From Camelus ferus (lineage: Eukaryota): a stretch of DNA of 64,000 nucleotides. A program made the translations under genes and the position numbers. The stretch lies in NCBI RefSeq assembly GCF_009834535.1, contig NC_045696.1:50532001-50596000 (forward strand), read 5' to 3'. Each line of letters begins with the position of its first letter. Within the stretch, counting starts at the first letter, position 1. Below the pieces are notes generated by a model. The model was not told the DNA's origin. It was given only the letters and a program-made list of their open reading frames with translations, and ran no database searches. Positions 13,685 to 26,720 of this stretch are shown piece by piece.

Positions 13685-15760
13685 AGCGATACATACTTTT
13701 TGGCCCATCCAGCTCTGGCCTCGGTTTCAATAGCATGCTTTGCTCCGTCGTGTTGGGGCTGGTATTCTGCAAAACCACGTGGTCGTTGCCAGCTGGTAGT
13801 TATACCAGTATGAACCACTAGAGGGAGATTGGAAGGCCGGAGGAGAGAAGGGACCTCTCCTTCGTTTGTTTTCTTATTCCTGACAATGTTACCCGACAAC
13901 AGCTGTTCATCCCAGCTGTTCATCCCAGGTAATGGCAGCTGCTTCTAGTCCCTCCCTCACTTTTACACACTGGCAGAGCTAACTGACCCCTCAGAGGTAT
14001 TGGCAGCACCTGGATGATGTTCTCTTGTCAAAGATCTGGGTTCCAATTCTGTAGACTCCTTCCTCCAAAAGTCTAAATTTGGGTGATCCCAAACTCTTCT
14101 CCTTCTCTCCCCAGCTCCAGGGGGTTGTAACTGCTTTCGGCAGTTATCTCTGTGTTACTTCTGTGTTGCATGTGTGCTTTTCAGTTCTTAAACATCTGTT
14201 TAACGCATTCAGTGTATTAAATTCTCTCTGGTGAAATACCTAGTATGATTCTGTTTTTACTAATATGATTCTTGGGATGAGAAGTGGTCCTAAGAAACAG
14301 CCCCTCAAAATGGGATTCTGAGGTTCGTTTGACATGTCCTTAGCTTTGAACACAGTAGTGATCTCTTTACCAAGGGGAAATGGAAGCAGTTCCATTATAC
14401 GCTGTGACAGTATGTTTAATCACCTACAGCTGATTGTGATGAAATGCCTTCTGAAGCCCTAAGGGAACCAAATGACCATTATGGTAGCAATGATGCTTAT
14501 ACAAAAAATGACAAACTCAGATCATTAACTCTTAGCTCAAGTCACAGAGAATAGGAGCACTTCTATAGTGGCTCTTAAAGAATCATTTATTTCTTACAGC
14601 TGCAAGGCTGACCTTGACCCAAAATTTAATTTTGTGGGTTGCAGAATGTCAACCTAAGTTGAATTCATAGACTTAAAAATCTTGTATGTGAAAGTTAGAG
14701 CGTTGGTTGGTAAGAAGGACTCTGAGACTTGGAATAGGAGCCATCTAGTTTGATTTGGGAAGAGCTGAGACTCTTCAGAGCAACTTACCTTTCTGTGTCT
14801 GAGGAGATTTGTATAAAGACCCTATAATAACATTAAGACCCACTGCAACTACTTCTCATCACCTCTGAGCTAACTCAAGTCAGATCTCAGTTTGCTCCAA
14901 GGGGACAAGTGCAAGGTCTGATGTGAAAGGAGATAATAGCAAAGTAATAGCAAAATGTTGTGAATTTTAGTTGGTAGAAACTGAAATAATAGTGGATTTT
15001 AAGGTTATTAGAATAAAGAAAATGGAATATAAGACACTGGATCAGACCAAATGTATTGATATGGGTCATCATATCAGTTACTAAAGATTCTTACAGTTAG
15101 AAGTGTGTCTAATGATTTTCTTGGCTACTTGAACTCAACTATAGCCTATACACAGTGAAGGTAAAATGCCAGATTTTTCCTGGCATAATGTAGAAGGAGG
15201 AAACCAAACGCTCAGAGAGATTGGAATGATGGAGTGTATATATAATCTGCGACCTGCACACCCATCCACCCGTAACTATGTCCTCTGAGAGGTCACTTCC
15301 TCTACTGAAGCACTGAGAAAGGCATTAGTGTGGAGCTACCAGTATCCTCACAAAGTTCTGTGATGACTGTCTTCTGTAGGCTATGGTGATGGTGGAAGAT
15401 ACCGCCATTGATATTAGCTCCCTGATTACAGTGAACGTGACGAGACCCGCAGAATGACAAAGGTCAAGAGACAACGAACAACTACAGAGACAAGGTTAGT
15501 GCATTTACTGTCATGGGCAGTAGAGACAAAATGTTAACCAAATTGTTTTGACTAGCAGGAATCTTTAGTGGTAGCTAATTGATCACAGTATCTGTAGGAA
15601 TTGAATAGACTGCAGCCTATTAAAATATTGTTTCATCAATATAGCAGGGGCCAGAAAACTAACTTGAGCACCAAAATGGAGAGACATGACTTCTTACTCA
15701 GTTTCCAGACTTAAACAAGTTCAACAACATAGAATCCCTTGATGAGCAAGGAAGCTGATA
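13685..15760 (+). mobile_element. Degenerate ERVL provirus 5' half: LTR (LTR41-like, to about 14262) plus internal leader/gag remnant
   Basis: LTR motifs ggggctggtattctgcaaa...cactagagggagattggaagg; internal start agtggtcctaagaaacagcccctcaaa; shares gag segments with 37100-38870; no intact ORF. Confidence 0.7.
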
Positions 15761-15819
15761 CTAAGATACTCATCACTGTCATTTACAGTAACAGAACTTT
15801 AGAAACATATAAATAACCA

Positions 15820-16670
15820 TGTGTCAATTATCGATTGTTGGTTAGCAGCCAACGTATTAATGACTTAATATGGAGTCATGAGGGTGAACTGAGATGACTA
15901 AGTCTCTCTTTTTTTATGGCATTAGCTGAGCTCACACATGTGTCTGGGGCCTTGATTCCCCTCTGTGTGGTTTCTCTCTCCATGTGTCATCTCATCCTTT
16001 AGGACCTATCTCCCCATATAGACTCTCTGTCCAGCGATAACGTGGACTTGTTAACGTGGCAGCTGTATCCACCCTGAGCAAAAGCAGATGCTACAAGGCC
16101 TCTTAGAGTCTGTGCTCAGAAGTACCCAAGTGTCACTTACATCACATTCTGTTGGTCAAAACAAGTCATAAGGGCAGCACAGATTCAAGGAATGGGGAAA
16201 TGGACACCAGCTCTTGTTGGAAAAAGCAATAAAGGCCTATCACAAAGAGGTGTGAACACAGAGAGACCTGATTCAGTCATTGGGGCCATTTTCAACAACC
16301 TACTATGGTTTAATAAGAAATGTTTCTTTTAAAAAATGAAGGTATAACCATACAATTAAAAACAGAGTAGGCGAAATTGCTGTAACAAACAGAGCCCAAA
16401 ATAAATAATGATTCGAACACAATAGATGTTTCTTTTCACTCACATTGTGTTCAATACATGATTATTCAAAATGTCAGGCTCCTTCCATCCTTTGACTTTG
16501 AATTCCCCAAGGGCCTTGGCGTCATCTGCATTTAGCTCTAAGAAGAGATCACATAAAGGAGTCACACCTGCTTAAAAGCCCTGACCCAGGAATAACATAC
16601 ACCCCATTCATTCGTATCTTTTGGCTACACCTAACCACAAGGGAGGCCTGGAAATGTATCCAGCTGCATC
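15820..16670 (-). mobile_element. Old MaLR LTR fragments (MLT1)
   Basis: cacttacatcacattctgttggtcaaaacaagtcata...cagattcaagg; second fragment ...cctaaccacaagggaggc. Confidence 0.65.
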
Positions 16671-17599
16671 ATTTTTTAAAGATAGGTAATGGCACATGAA
16701 ATGTTCACATTATATTAAATGAATAAAAGAGATTATAAAACTTTATATACAGTATGACTCCAAGTTGGGGAAGGAGCAAAGAGATGTATGTCTGGAGTGA
16801 AGATGATGCCAAGATATTAATGATTTTATTTCTGGTTCATGAGAGTACAAAGTTTTATTTTCTATTCTTTTCATTTTCAGAATTGTGTTCAGTGAACACA
16901 AATTACCTCCATAGTATGATAATGTTTTTAAATGTTTAAATACCTAAATTATAAATGCAAAGCACTCTTTTAGCATCATTGCTGACAATCAATCTATCTC
17001 AACTCCTAGAAAGCTCTAAGACTGTAAGGGAAAAAAATGCCCATTGGTTGTTATGGGCATTATTGGGTTGATAGGATTATTTTTGCCAGCCTAGTTTCTG
17101 AGGTATTGAGGGCCCAGCGTACAGTGTTAATACAGATCATTCCTAATTTAGAAAAGTCACTTCTAAGTTCATTATTTGAAACTGAGTGCATTCTCCCATA
17201 ACACGAACATAAAGGATGATAATTAGGCTCCAGAGCCAGCCCACCAAAGCCACTTTCCTCCCAGTCCTTAGTTCTCTAGAGGACAAGTGTGGATCCCAGA
17301 ATTGTTACAGAAGAGTGCTTTCCACAATCAAGATTAAGTCAGCAGGAGCACATCTTCCCTCAACTTGAGTCACCCTCACCCACAAGGAGCCCTGGCAGCA
17401 AGAGAGGGAGCTTCTACTCTGCTGTATCCCCAGAACCAGTTTCTCTACTAGGTGGAAGGTGAGAGCTGGGATCTCTCAGCAGTGAGCCCTGAGCACTGAG
17501 CACCGGGATGGGAGGGCAGTGAGAAGGTGAAGGGGAAAGTAGGGTTCTAGGCCTGGAGCAGGGGTTCCCATATGGCATGATCCCATGAGACCCAAGATT

Positions 17600-18460
17600 C
17601 TCAGGGAGATGTAGTGTGGCATGTCAGATTACAGTACTGGGGAGAATGCTCAGGACTCTTAGGAAGGGGAAGAGATGTTTCCCCATTCACTTTCCCTTTC
17701 ACAGAAGTAGTGGTCTTCAGTGCTTCAGTTCCCCTCCATCCCAGGTCCTCTGTCAGTCCGGTTACTTCATTGTCCTCATCTCTGGTAACCTTCCCATCCA
17801 TTTCACTTCAGTCCTGTGCTCTCAACTCATATCCCAAATCCTGTCGCCCTCCAGAATTATTCCATCTCTGAAATCATAAATTCAGACACTTGCCTTTCTG
17901 ATGATAGTATTCTTTCTTTCCAACTTTCTTACTCAAGTTACTCCTTATAAATCTGATCTTAAACCTCACCAAATCACCCATCCTTAACCTCCTACCCTTC
18001 CCATCAGAACCCTTCCACCCTCACCCTTACATGTGTGCAGCTAAGATTCTCCCAGTCCATTGCTTGCCAGTGTTCTCAATCCCCTCTCCTCATCATACTC
18101 CCATCACATTTGCCTGGCAAATGTCCAATGCTTTATTAATTCTACTCTTTGAATTTTCTACGATTACAGAAAAAAAAAAACCACAACAGAAGTCCTCAGA
18201 CAGGAACTCTCTCAACTTCCTAACCGCCAAGTCTACAAACTTCCTTGTCCCTCCACCCATCCTGTCTTCCATTCCTCCAGTTACAGTGGATGAGGTGGTC
18301 CACCCCTCACCAAAGGTGAACCCCTTAATTGGCTGTCTCCTTCCACTGAAAGCTTTTTCAGGAAAAGGATCACATGTGCTTGTTAACTGCTGCCTTCCAG
18401 TACCTAGCAGAGTATCTGGCATATAACAAGTGCACAGTATTTATCAAATAAATAGCATTG
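17600..18460 (+). mobile_element. Degenerate L2 LINE
   Basis: Pyrimidine-rich L2-like body and 3' end cagtacctagcagagtatctggcat. Confidence 0.55.
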
Positions 18461-18933
18461 GTGATTTAAGGAAAAGAAAAGGACAGAGAGAAGGAATAAA
18501 ATGGTCATTCTTCCTCTCGTTTGACTGTTTTTGGTCAGGAGAGAGAAGAACATTTTGAGGAGGATAGCAGAAATCTTCTCACACGTGAAAGACAGAGGTT
18601 CGTCAAGAATTGACAGTATCTGAACTGTTACTAATTCTTATCTTTCAAAAGTCACCTGAATGAATGAAAGTCATTTCCATTATTAGCCATATATAATTTA
18701 TTTTCCTAAGAAAATTTCTTCCTTTATAAATTTCCAAAGAAATTTCTTCAGAAGAAATTTCTGCCATGTGGAATAATTTTATGTCCAAATCTTACTGATC
18801 CTTTAATTCCTAGTTTAGATGATGCTCATTTCACCTGCCCCAAAAGCTGGAACCAGTCTCGTCCATCTCTTAGCTCCCATCTCACTTTCTCTCTGCCTCT
18901 CTTACAATACTGACCACGGTCTGCCTTGTTCTT

Positions 18934-20047
18934 TTTTTTTTTTTTTTTTTTTAACATTTTTTATTGATTTATAATCATTTTACAATGTTGTGTCAAGTTC
19001 CAGTGTTCAGCACAATTTTTCAGTTATACATGAACATATATATATTCATTGTCACATTTTTTTCTCTGTGAGCTACCATAAGAGCTTGTGTATATTTCCC
19101 TGTGCTATACAGTATAATCTTGTTTATCTATTCTACAATTTTGAAATCCCGTCTATCCCTTCCCACCCTCCGCCCCCTTGGCAACCACAAGTTTGTATTC
19201 TATGTCTATGGGTCTATTTCTGTTTTGTATTTATGCTTTGTTATTTTGTTTCTGTTTTTGTTTTTTAGATCCCACATATGAGCGATCTCATATGGTATTT
19301 TTCTTTCTCTTTCTGGCTTACTTCACTTAGAAAGACATTCTCCAGGAGCATCCATGTTGCTGCAAATGGTGTTATGTTGTCTGTTTTTATGGCTGAGTAG
19401 TATTCCATTGTATAAATATACCACATCTTCTTTATCCAGTCATCCGTTGATGACATTTAGGCTGTTTCCATGTCTTGGCTATTGTAAATAGTGCTGCTAT
19501 GAACATTGGGGTGCAGGTGTCATCCTGAAGTAGGGTTCCTTCTGGATATAAGCCCAGGAACAGGATTCCTGGGTCATGTGGTAAGTCTATTCCTAGTCTT
19601 CTGAGGAATCTCCACACTGTTTTCCATAGTGGCTGCACCAAACTGCACTCCCACCAGCAGTGTAGGTGGGTTCCCCTTTCTCCACACCCTCTCCAGCATT
19701 AATCATTTGTGGACTTTTGAATGATGGCCATTCTGACTGGTGTGAGGTGATACCTCATTGTAGTTTTGATTTGCATTTCTCTGATAATTAGTGATATTGA
19801 GCATTTTTTCATGTGCTTATTGATCATTTGTATGTCTTCCTTGGAGAATTGCTTGCTTAGGTCTTTTGCCCATCTTTGGATTGGGTTGTTTGGTTGTTTC
19901 TTATTAAGTCATATGAGCTGCTTATATATATGCTGGAGATTAAGCCTTTGTCAGTTTCATTTGCAAAAATTTTCTCCCATTCCATAGGTTGTCTTTTTGT
20001 TTTACTTATGGTTTCCTTTGCTGTGCAGAAGCTTGTAAGTTTCATTA
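18934..20047 (-). mobile_element. Young 5'-truncated L1 (ORF2 C-terminus, 3'UTR, polyA) with 12-bp TSD
   Basis: Poly-T tail at about 18932-18952; ORF2 peptides [32 protein letters not shown] and WIKKMWYIYTMEYYSAIK; TSD TGCCTTGTTCTT at 18922-18933 and 20048-20059. Confidence 0.95.
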
Positions 20048-21104
20048 TGCCTTGTTCTTGAGACATTTGTACTGAGTTCTATAAGCACCTCCATGCAGGG
20101 AGTGTATCCCCTCCTTCCTGCTGCCATGAGGGTGCTCAGTAAATATTGTTGAATAAATACTGAATGAATTAAGTAATGAATAAAAAAGCCTTTCAATAAG
20201 AACCAAGTATTAGCCTGGCATTAAAAATGTCTTAATTCAAGAAACACAATAGCTCTAGAAGTCACTGGAACACATTTGAAAGGCCAATCATACATATGCA
20301 TAACGTGTTAATAACCCATATGCTAGTCTCCAAAAATTTTCCTTGATTCTAAAAAGCATCCTGTCATAGATTTTAAATGAAAAAGAATGCTTCTCCCTGA
20401 CTATACTTTCTGAAAATTCTGGCATTTTTAGGGCTATTAAAATTATATATTTTTTCTTTCAAAATGTAATTTGCATGCAAAAGTCTTAAGGAGTCAGCCT
20501 CTCATTTGCATTGAGGAACTTTCAGAAGATTTAAGACCAACATGTTTCATTTGAATTCCTGACGTTTGGATTCTGATCTGAATGTATGGGGTACAAATCT
20601 CAGTTTAAGATCTGGAGTATATAAGAATTATAATTTTCCTGGGTCAAAGGCTGATTTTCACTTTTTGGGAATGTGTAAGGATAACATCCCTTTCAAAAAT
20701 CTTATAGTTATCTAAACATACAGGAAATAATGATTGAAGAAAGGGAAGAGTTTAGAGAAAAAAATGAGTAATGAATTTGCAACAAACAGAAATATAAAGG
20801 GGGTGGAATGAAAACTCCCATTACTGAGAAATCAGACTCTTATACAGTGACCTTTCAAACTACATTCAGTATTTATTTTTGTGGTACTGCTTCTAGACCC
20901 CAGGCTCAACAGTGTGTAAAGTGGGTCAAATTTCTCTAGGTTCCAGCTTGCTCAAAAAAATACATATATGTAATATATATACATATGATAACGTTTAGCT
21001 TTGCAGTAGAGTATAACCTAATAGCTGTAAGTGTAATTGTTCCCCACGGACATTTGCATAGACACCTTAACATTTGCTTGGGGAATCAGTCCTCAGCTAT
21101 GGCT

Positions 21105-21138
21105 TGTTCAGTACCCGGCTTTCCACCAGAGGGCAGCA
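21105..21138 (+). promoter_or_regulatory. Strong CTCF motif with upstream module
   Basis: Core CCACCAGAGGGCAGCA 21123-21138 preceded by TGTTCAGTACCC, which resembles the TGCAGTWCC upstream module. Confidence 0.7.
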
Positions 21139-22728
21139 AGAGGCTGTACCCAGCTTGCTCTCTAACTGCTCCTTCTGGCTTCAGTTAGAAGCCAAGCAGA
21201 AGAACCTAATCAACATTCCAGCCCGCCAGTGGGATCCCAGCTTCACAACCTCAGACAGAGTGGAGACAAACTGACTTACCCCGGGTAGAGGAGATTCAAA
21301 TAATCAAAGAAACATCTCCTAGGCAAAGTAGATGCACATGACTTCAAGGCTCTGTCCCTGCCCTGGCAGCAGGTCACGGGACCTGAGGGCCTAGCTTGGC
21401 TGGGAGTGGCAGAGTATAAGTTTACTTGCAGGGAGCAGAGGAGTCACCTGATCCTGGTAATGGCAAGACTTAAAAAAAGTTGATAATCAGATAATTGGAT
21501 GTATTTTTCCTACATTAAAGACTCAATGCCCAAGAACTGGCCTTGAAGAAAATGAAATCATTATTCCTACTCTGACAGCCTTGAGGCAAAATTTCCAAGT
21601 CAAATTTATAAGGTGTATAGGGATTTGGTTGCTTGTTTTGCTTTCTTCTCTCTTGCCAGTTACCTCCTGAGAGCTGGGCCTGGATCAGTAAAGTCCCTCT
21701 GCTCTGGCTGCCAGCAAGTCTGTGCCTGATTTGGCGCATTACTGAAAAGGTACCAGGGCCTCTAGTGGAACATAACACCCAGTACTGAGCCAAGGGACGG
21801 AGCCAAGCCACATTTCAATGTCTGCTGCTAAACCCAGCTCCGAGCAGGGGCCTTCTTTTCTGCCCAAAAAGTTGTTACTGGAATCTTTCAAGCATTTGCT
21901 TTTACGACTAAACTGGTCAAGAAAATGTTTTTTTAAAAATTAGGATTCACTCAGAAAGGACATAGTCTCTCTACACCCAAAATTTCCAAGAGACGCAGCA
22001 TCTGGGCACCCAGATACTCTCACAAAAATGCACATACACACATGCATACTTGCCAAGAAACAAACAGTTCTCAGGAGAATTGTGCTCCTAAAAGCTTTCT
22101 CTTTTCCACCAGTATTTATTGCTGTTTATTCTTATAATATCTACTATGGGAGATGCTGGAATAGCACAAATTTTGCCCCAGAAATATATAAGAAAACATA
22201 ATCAGGGCAGATGTATTCAGATAGTGACAAGGTTCTCAAGTATGATAAAGCCAGTACATGGAGGCAGATCTCACTGAGTCAACTGGAGGATGAAGGTTAA
22301 GGATATTACAATTGGCATTGAGAATCTCCCCCCATGAGCATGTCGGCATCCCGAGAACAGAAATGTGCAGTTTCTTGTTCTAACGAGAAGCAGTTTAGTC
22401 CCTCGTTCGTCCTAAATGCCTGGAACAGTTCAGATGCTCAGTTTTTGTCAAATAAAGAAAACACTTAAGAAAGTTATCATGTCAGAGACCAGTATCTCTT
22501 AGGAAGTCCATTTCAGACAATCCTTTTCCCCCTCCAGCATGAAAGCAGGTCATGGTTTCTTTAGTGAAACCTCAGCTGGTATAGTTGCCTTGGGTGAACT
22601 AGGGTGTTGTGTGTGTCTTTCACCCCGTCCGATCCAAAGAGGCAGGCTGCCCTCCGCCCCCCGGGACACCTGTGGGCATAGATGCTGACTGAATGAGTTA
22701 AGATTCCCACTTCACACTCTCTCTGGGA

Positions 22729-22887
22729 TAGTGCTGCCTAATTTAGCAAATAAACATAGAGGGCGTGCAGTTAAATTTGAATTTCAGACAAATGAATTTA
22801 GCATAGGACAAACTTATACTAAAAAAGCAACTCATTATCTAAAATTCAAAATTAACCAGGAGTCCTATATTTTATCTGGCAACCTTA
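22729..22887. mobile_element. MER53-type palindromic hAT MITE
   Basis: atttagcaaataaa...cagttaaatttgaatttcagac...aaattcaaaattaacc...ttttatctggcaacc; internal inverted arms. Confidence 0.8.
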
Positions 22888-24012
22888 ATCTGCAGCACAG
22901 ATTTCCTGAGCAAAATGGTAGGAGAATTGTCTGACTTTGAAATTGTGACCTTTCTCTCTGGTCCCACAGGTTGTATCTTTATAACTTCATTGTATGAATG
23001 ACACGGTAGGATGACGATGACAGTGGACTCCATTTAATTCCTTTAGGTGTGCCATGGAAAATTCCAGTAGTTGGAAATGTTCCCTGAACTCAAAAAGTGT
23101 TCAAAACCATAGTCTTTGGTGATCAATCTTTTTTGATCTGGATGAAGTGTCTGCCCCTATAACCTTTGCTGTTCCCTATACTTTGGGAAATAGTTTCTGG
23201 GTACATATCTTTGTTTAGAAGGTTGAAATCAGGCTTAGGAGGTACTGTGTTTTCCAAGTAATTTCCAGCCAATTGTCAGCCTCCTGATCATGAAGTGGTT
23301 GTAACACTCTATTCTGGGAGTGGGGCAGGAATTCATAGTGCAAGAGAGCAAGGGTTGGGGGGCAGTACTGAATTCAGTAGTGATAACATGAACTCAGTTT
23401 TTCCAACATGAATATGGCTTAGAAAAAGTCATCCCCAGACTTCTGTTCACAAACATCATATATTAGTCCTGGACCAGAGCCAGTGTTTCCTGAGAACACA
23501 TATCTAGCTGTAAACTACACAAGTCACCAGTGCCTGGTGACTGTCTCAGAGGGTCCTGGTCCCTCTTTCCCCAGAGCTCAGCCCTTGTACCTCATGGGTC
23601 AGCTCAGCCAGAAGGCTCAGTGGGTGACCCTGGATGCCTTGGGTGGAGGTGGGGTGGGGGTGGGGGAGTGGCAGGGGGCAGAGGAATTTATCTGGTAACC
23701 AAGGAAAGAATACAAATGGACTCTTTTTCTATTAGAAAAATCTTTGTTCAGGTAACCTCAAAGTTAATTATAGAATTCTGTAAAGAAGATTTTCCTTTGT
23801 TACTTGTAAGCATTATCGCTTTTTATTGAGCTATACTATAAATGGGTACCATTGAATAAAAGGAGACCAATTAAATGAATAAAAATAAAACTCTTACAGT
23901 CCTAGAAACCTCCATTATATCATATGGCATTTAAGACCTTTCACAAATTAACACCAGTCTATCTTTTCTACCTCATTTCCTACCCCTTCTTTCTGGACCG
24001 TCATACTCTCCC

Positions 24013-24247
24013 CTAGGGTTTCTGAATCTCAGCGCTGTTGGCATTTTGAATGGGATAATTCTTTGTTGTAAGGAACTGTCCTGTGCATTATAGGGTATTT
24101 GCAACACCTCTGGCTTCTACCCACTAGAGACCAGTAGCAGCCCCCCCCAATCCCCACCCAGCTGTCACACTTGTAACCAGCAGAAAATACCTGGAGACGT
24201 TGCCACATTCCCCTGGGGAACAAGATCATCGCCGCTGAGAACCACCG
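24013..24247. mobile_element. MER20 hAT-Charlie DNA transposon
   Basis: ggataattctttgttgt...ctgtcctgtgcattatagg...ctgagaaccac. Confidence 0.85.
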
Positions 24248-26542
24248 GGGATACCTCCCCTCCCCACCCGGCAGTGAGAACCACTTCGCACTCTCTCTGG
24301 GATATGTGTCTAAGCCATGAGACAACCTATGAACACGTTTTACACACCCTTCCCCACCACACACACACTTTTCTTCCTGTTCCCTTTACTTGAAACACCC
24401 TACTTTCCCCCTTTCCATGGACAAGCTCTACTTATTCTTGAAAACCTAAATCAAATGCTACCTATCTATATAGTTTTTCTCACAACCCATGCCGAAATAA
24501 TTTCCTTCCTCTCGCCTGGGTGCCAGAGGCCCTACGCCCACCTGCATTAGTAGCACTAATGGTGTTTACACACCAAGATGCAGTCGTCCCCTCCTCTCAA
24601 GAGAGTGAGTTCCTCAAGAGCAAGTTCCGTGTATCCACACTACCCAGCATGGTCTGTTTTGTGTGTGTGTGTGCGCGCGTGTGCATGCGTGCATCCCAAC
24701 AAGTATACACAGCACTCGGATAAATGTTTGTGTTGAAACATAAGTCAAAGTCTTAAGTTCCACCGTTCACTCTGTATTTCCTAAAGGAATACACGGATGT
24801 TCATACTTACCAAGTAGATTAAATTAGATGACCCCACTGGACTAATGTGCTTCAGCAAATCTGGATTACTCACCATTTTCCAAGCATGTATGGTAATTTC
24901 GCATCTTTATACCATGGTTGAAATTGTTTTCTTTTTCTTCTAATTGAAAGTATAGTTGATTTACAGTGTTGTGTTAGTTTCTGGTGTACAGTATAGTGAT
25001 TTATTTTTCTGTGGATAGCTGAGATTCTGTGGGTAGAGGAGCCAAAAGCCAGACTGCTGGAAGGTAAGGAGTGAAGGAGCAGGAGGTCCCTCCACCCTCC
25101 TCTGTGCCTTAGTTCCATGATTCCTCACTCCTCCCCCTTTCCTTCCTTCCTCTCAGAGGATGAGCTCTTGTCTCCTTCCAGAGCCAGCCCTTCCTCAGAG
25201 ACTCCAACCCCATCCCGCCTCATCTAAGATGTTACTTCTGACATCCCCTCTGCACTTTCTCATCCACTCGAGTGATAGGGGGAACCCTGTGCCCAGGCCT
25301 GTCCATCTTCTGAGGCTGGAGTGACATGAGGACAGTTGGGAGACAGATGTGTCAGGGAAAGGACTAGAGACAGGTGAAAGGTGACAGAGCAGCAGTGAGG
25401 CCCCAGGATTCCTTTCAGATGGACATATCTTCTCATGGAAAACTCCTACTTACCCTCAAGACCAGCTCAAATGCTTCCTTCTCTGACTCACCCAGATGGA
25501 AACCAAACTCATGGGAGTCATCCTTCCCACCCCCAACCCTGCAATCTTTATAAAACTATTTACCTCATTGTATTCACGTTTCACTCATTTGTCACTGCCA
25601 TCAGTTCTTAATTACCTCTGCAGTTCCCCGCTCTACCACCTGAGCTATCGAAGGTGCTGCCATCAGTTCTTACGCTTCTCAAAGGTCATAGTTCGTCTCT
25701 GTATACCCAGTGTCTGCCAGCATGGCCAGCACACAGAGTGCTCAAAAAACAATGAGTGAATGAATGAAGGGGTGAATATATGAATGATGTTTCCTCCCCC
25801 GGCGGAAGCTGACTTCTGCTTACAGCTGATTAACTAGAGCGGAGAGAGCCCCCGGGAGAGAGATTAGGGGAAAGCTGCACGTGTGGATGCATGTGACGTA
25901 AAAGCAAACGAGAACAAGAATAGCCGTGACCGGTGTGAAACTCGGAGGGTTTTCTCCAAAGCCATGTGCAGTCCTGAGTAGTAGAGGAAATGAGTGGGAG
26001 GATGGGGAACTGAGTGAAAAAAGTAACAGGCCCAGGAGATAATTTACAGTTGGGAATGGAATGACTTCCTAACTCATAGAGTGTGTGGTCCAGCGAGCAG
26101 AGCACCACAGATGCAGTTACTGGGAAGAAAAAAAAAAAAAAAAAAAAAAACCACTCGTGACTTTTTTTGGCAAAAAGAAAGTCTGTTTTGAATCTGACTT
26201 TCTCTCTAGCAGCACGTAAGCTTGCCTTAAAAAGCAGCGGCTCCATGAAACCTTCTTCCAGATGGAATTCAATGTAATGTGAATAACGGTACCTTACGTA
26301 ACGGTACCTTGGTGATGCTGTTTACTGAGTCCCACCATGTGCTCAGCATGTTGTCTTTATAACTCACAATCTTCCTGCCAGGTGGGTGTGATTTGTCTGT
26401 TTTACATACAAGGAGACTGAGGCAAGGAGCAATTCGGTGAGGAACCCAAGATGACTCACTGGTACACAGGGCCAAGTTATATTAAGCAGATGCTCCACCA
26501 GATGTAATCATAAGAGGGTAGTGAGGGGGACTGCCAGGGAAT

Positions 26543-26720
26543 CAAGGCCGGCTTCATGGGTGCACTATTGGGTAAGGTGCACAGGGCCCCGTGCTTAGAA
26601 GGGCCCTGGGCTTGTCTTCGTGCTCTATTGTTGCTTTCTTGAAATTCTTAGTAATTTTTAAGCAAAAGGACCTGCATTTTCCTTTTGCACTGGGCCCTGC
26701 AAATTTTGGAGACAGTCCTG
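26543..26720. mobile_element. MER91-type hAT-Tip100 MITE
   Basis: cacagggccccgtgcttagaagggccc...ttttgcactgggccctgcaaatt. Confidence 0.7.

Noticed and set aside
13900..13928. Short two-copy tandem duplications (also about 9013-9035, 34442-34477 and 52648-52675)
   Set aside because: Ordinary slippage duplications with no spacers or array structure; not CRISPR-like.
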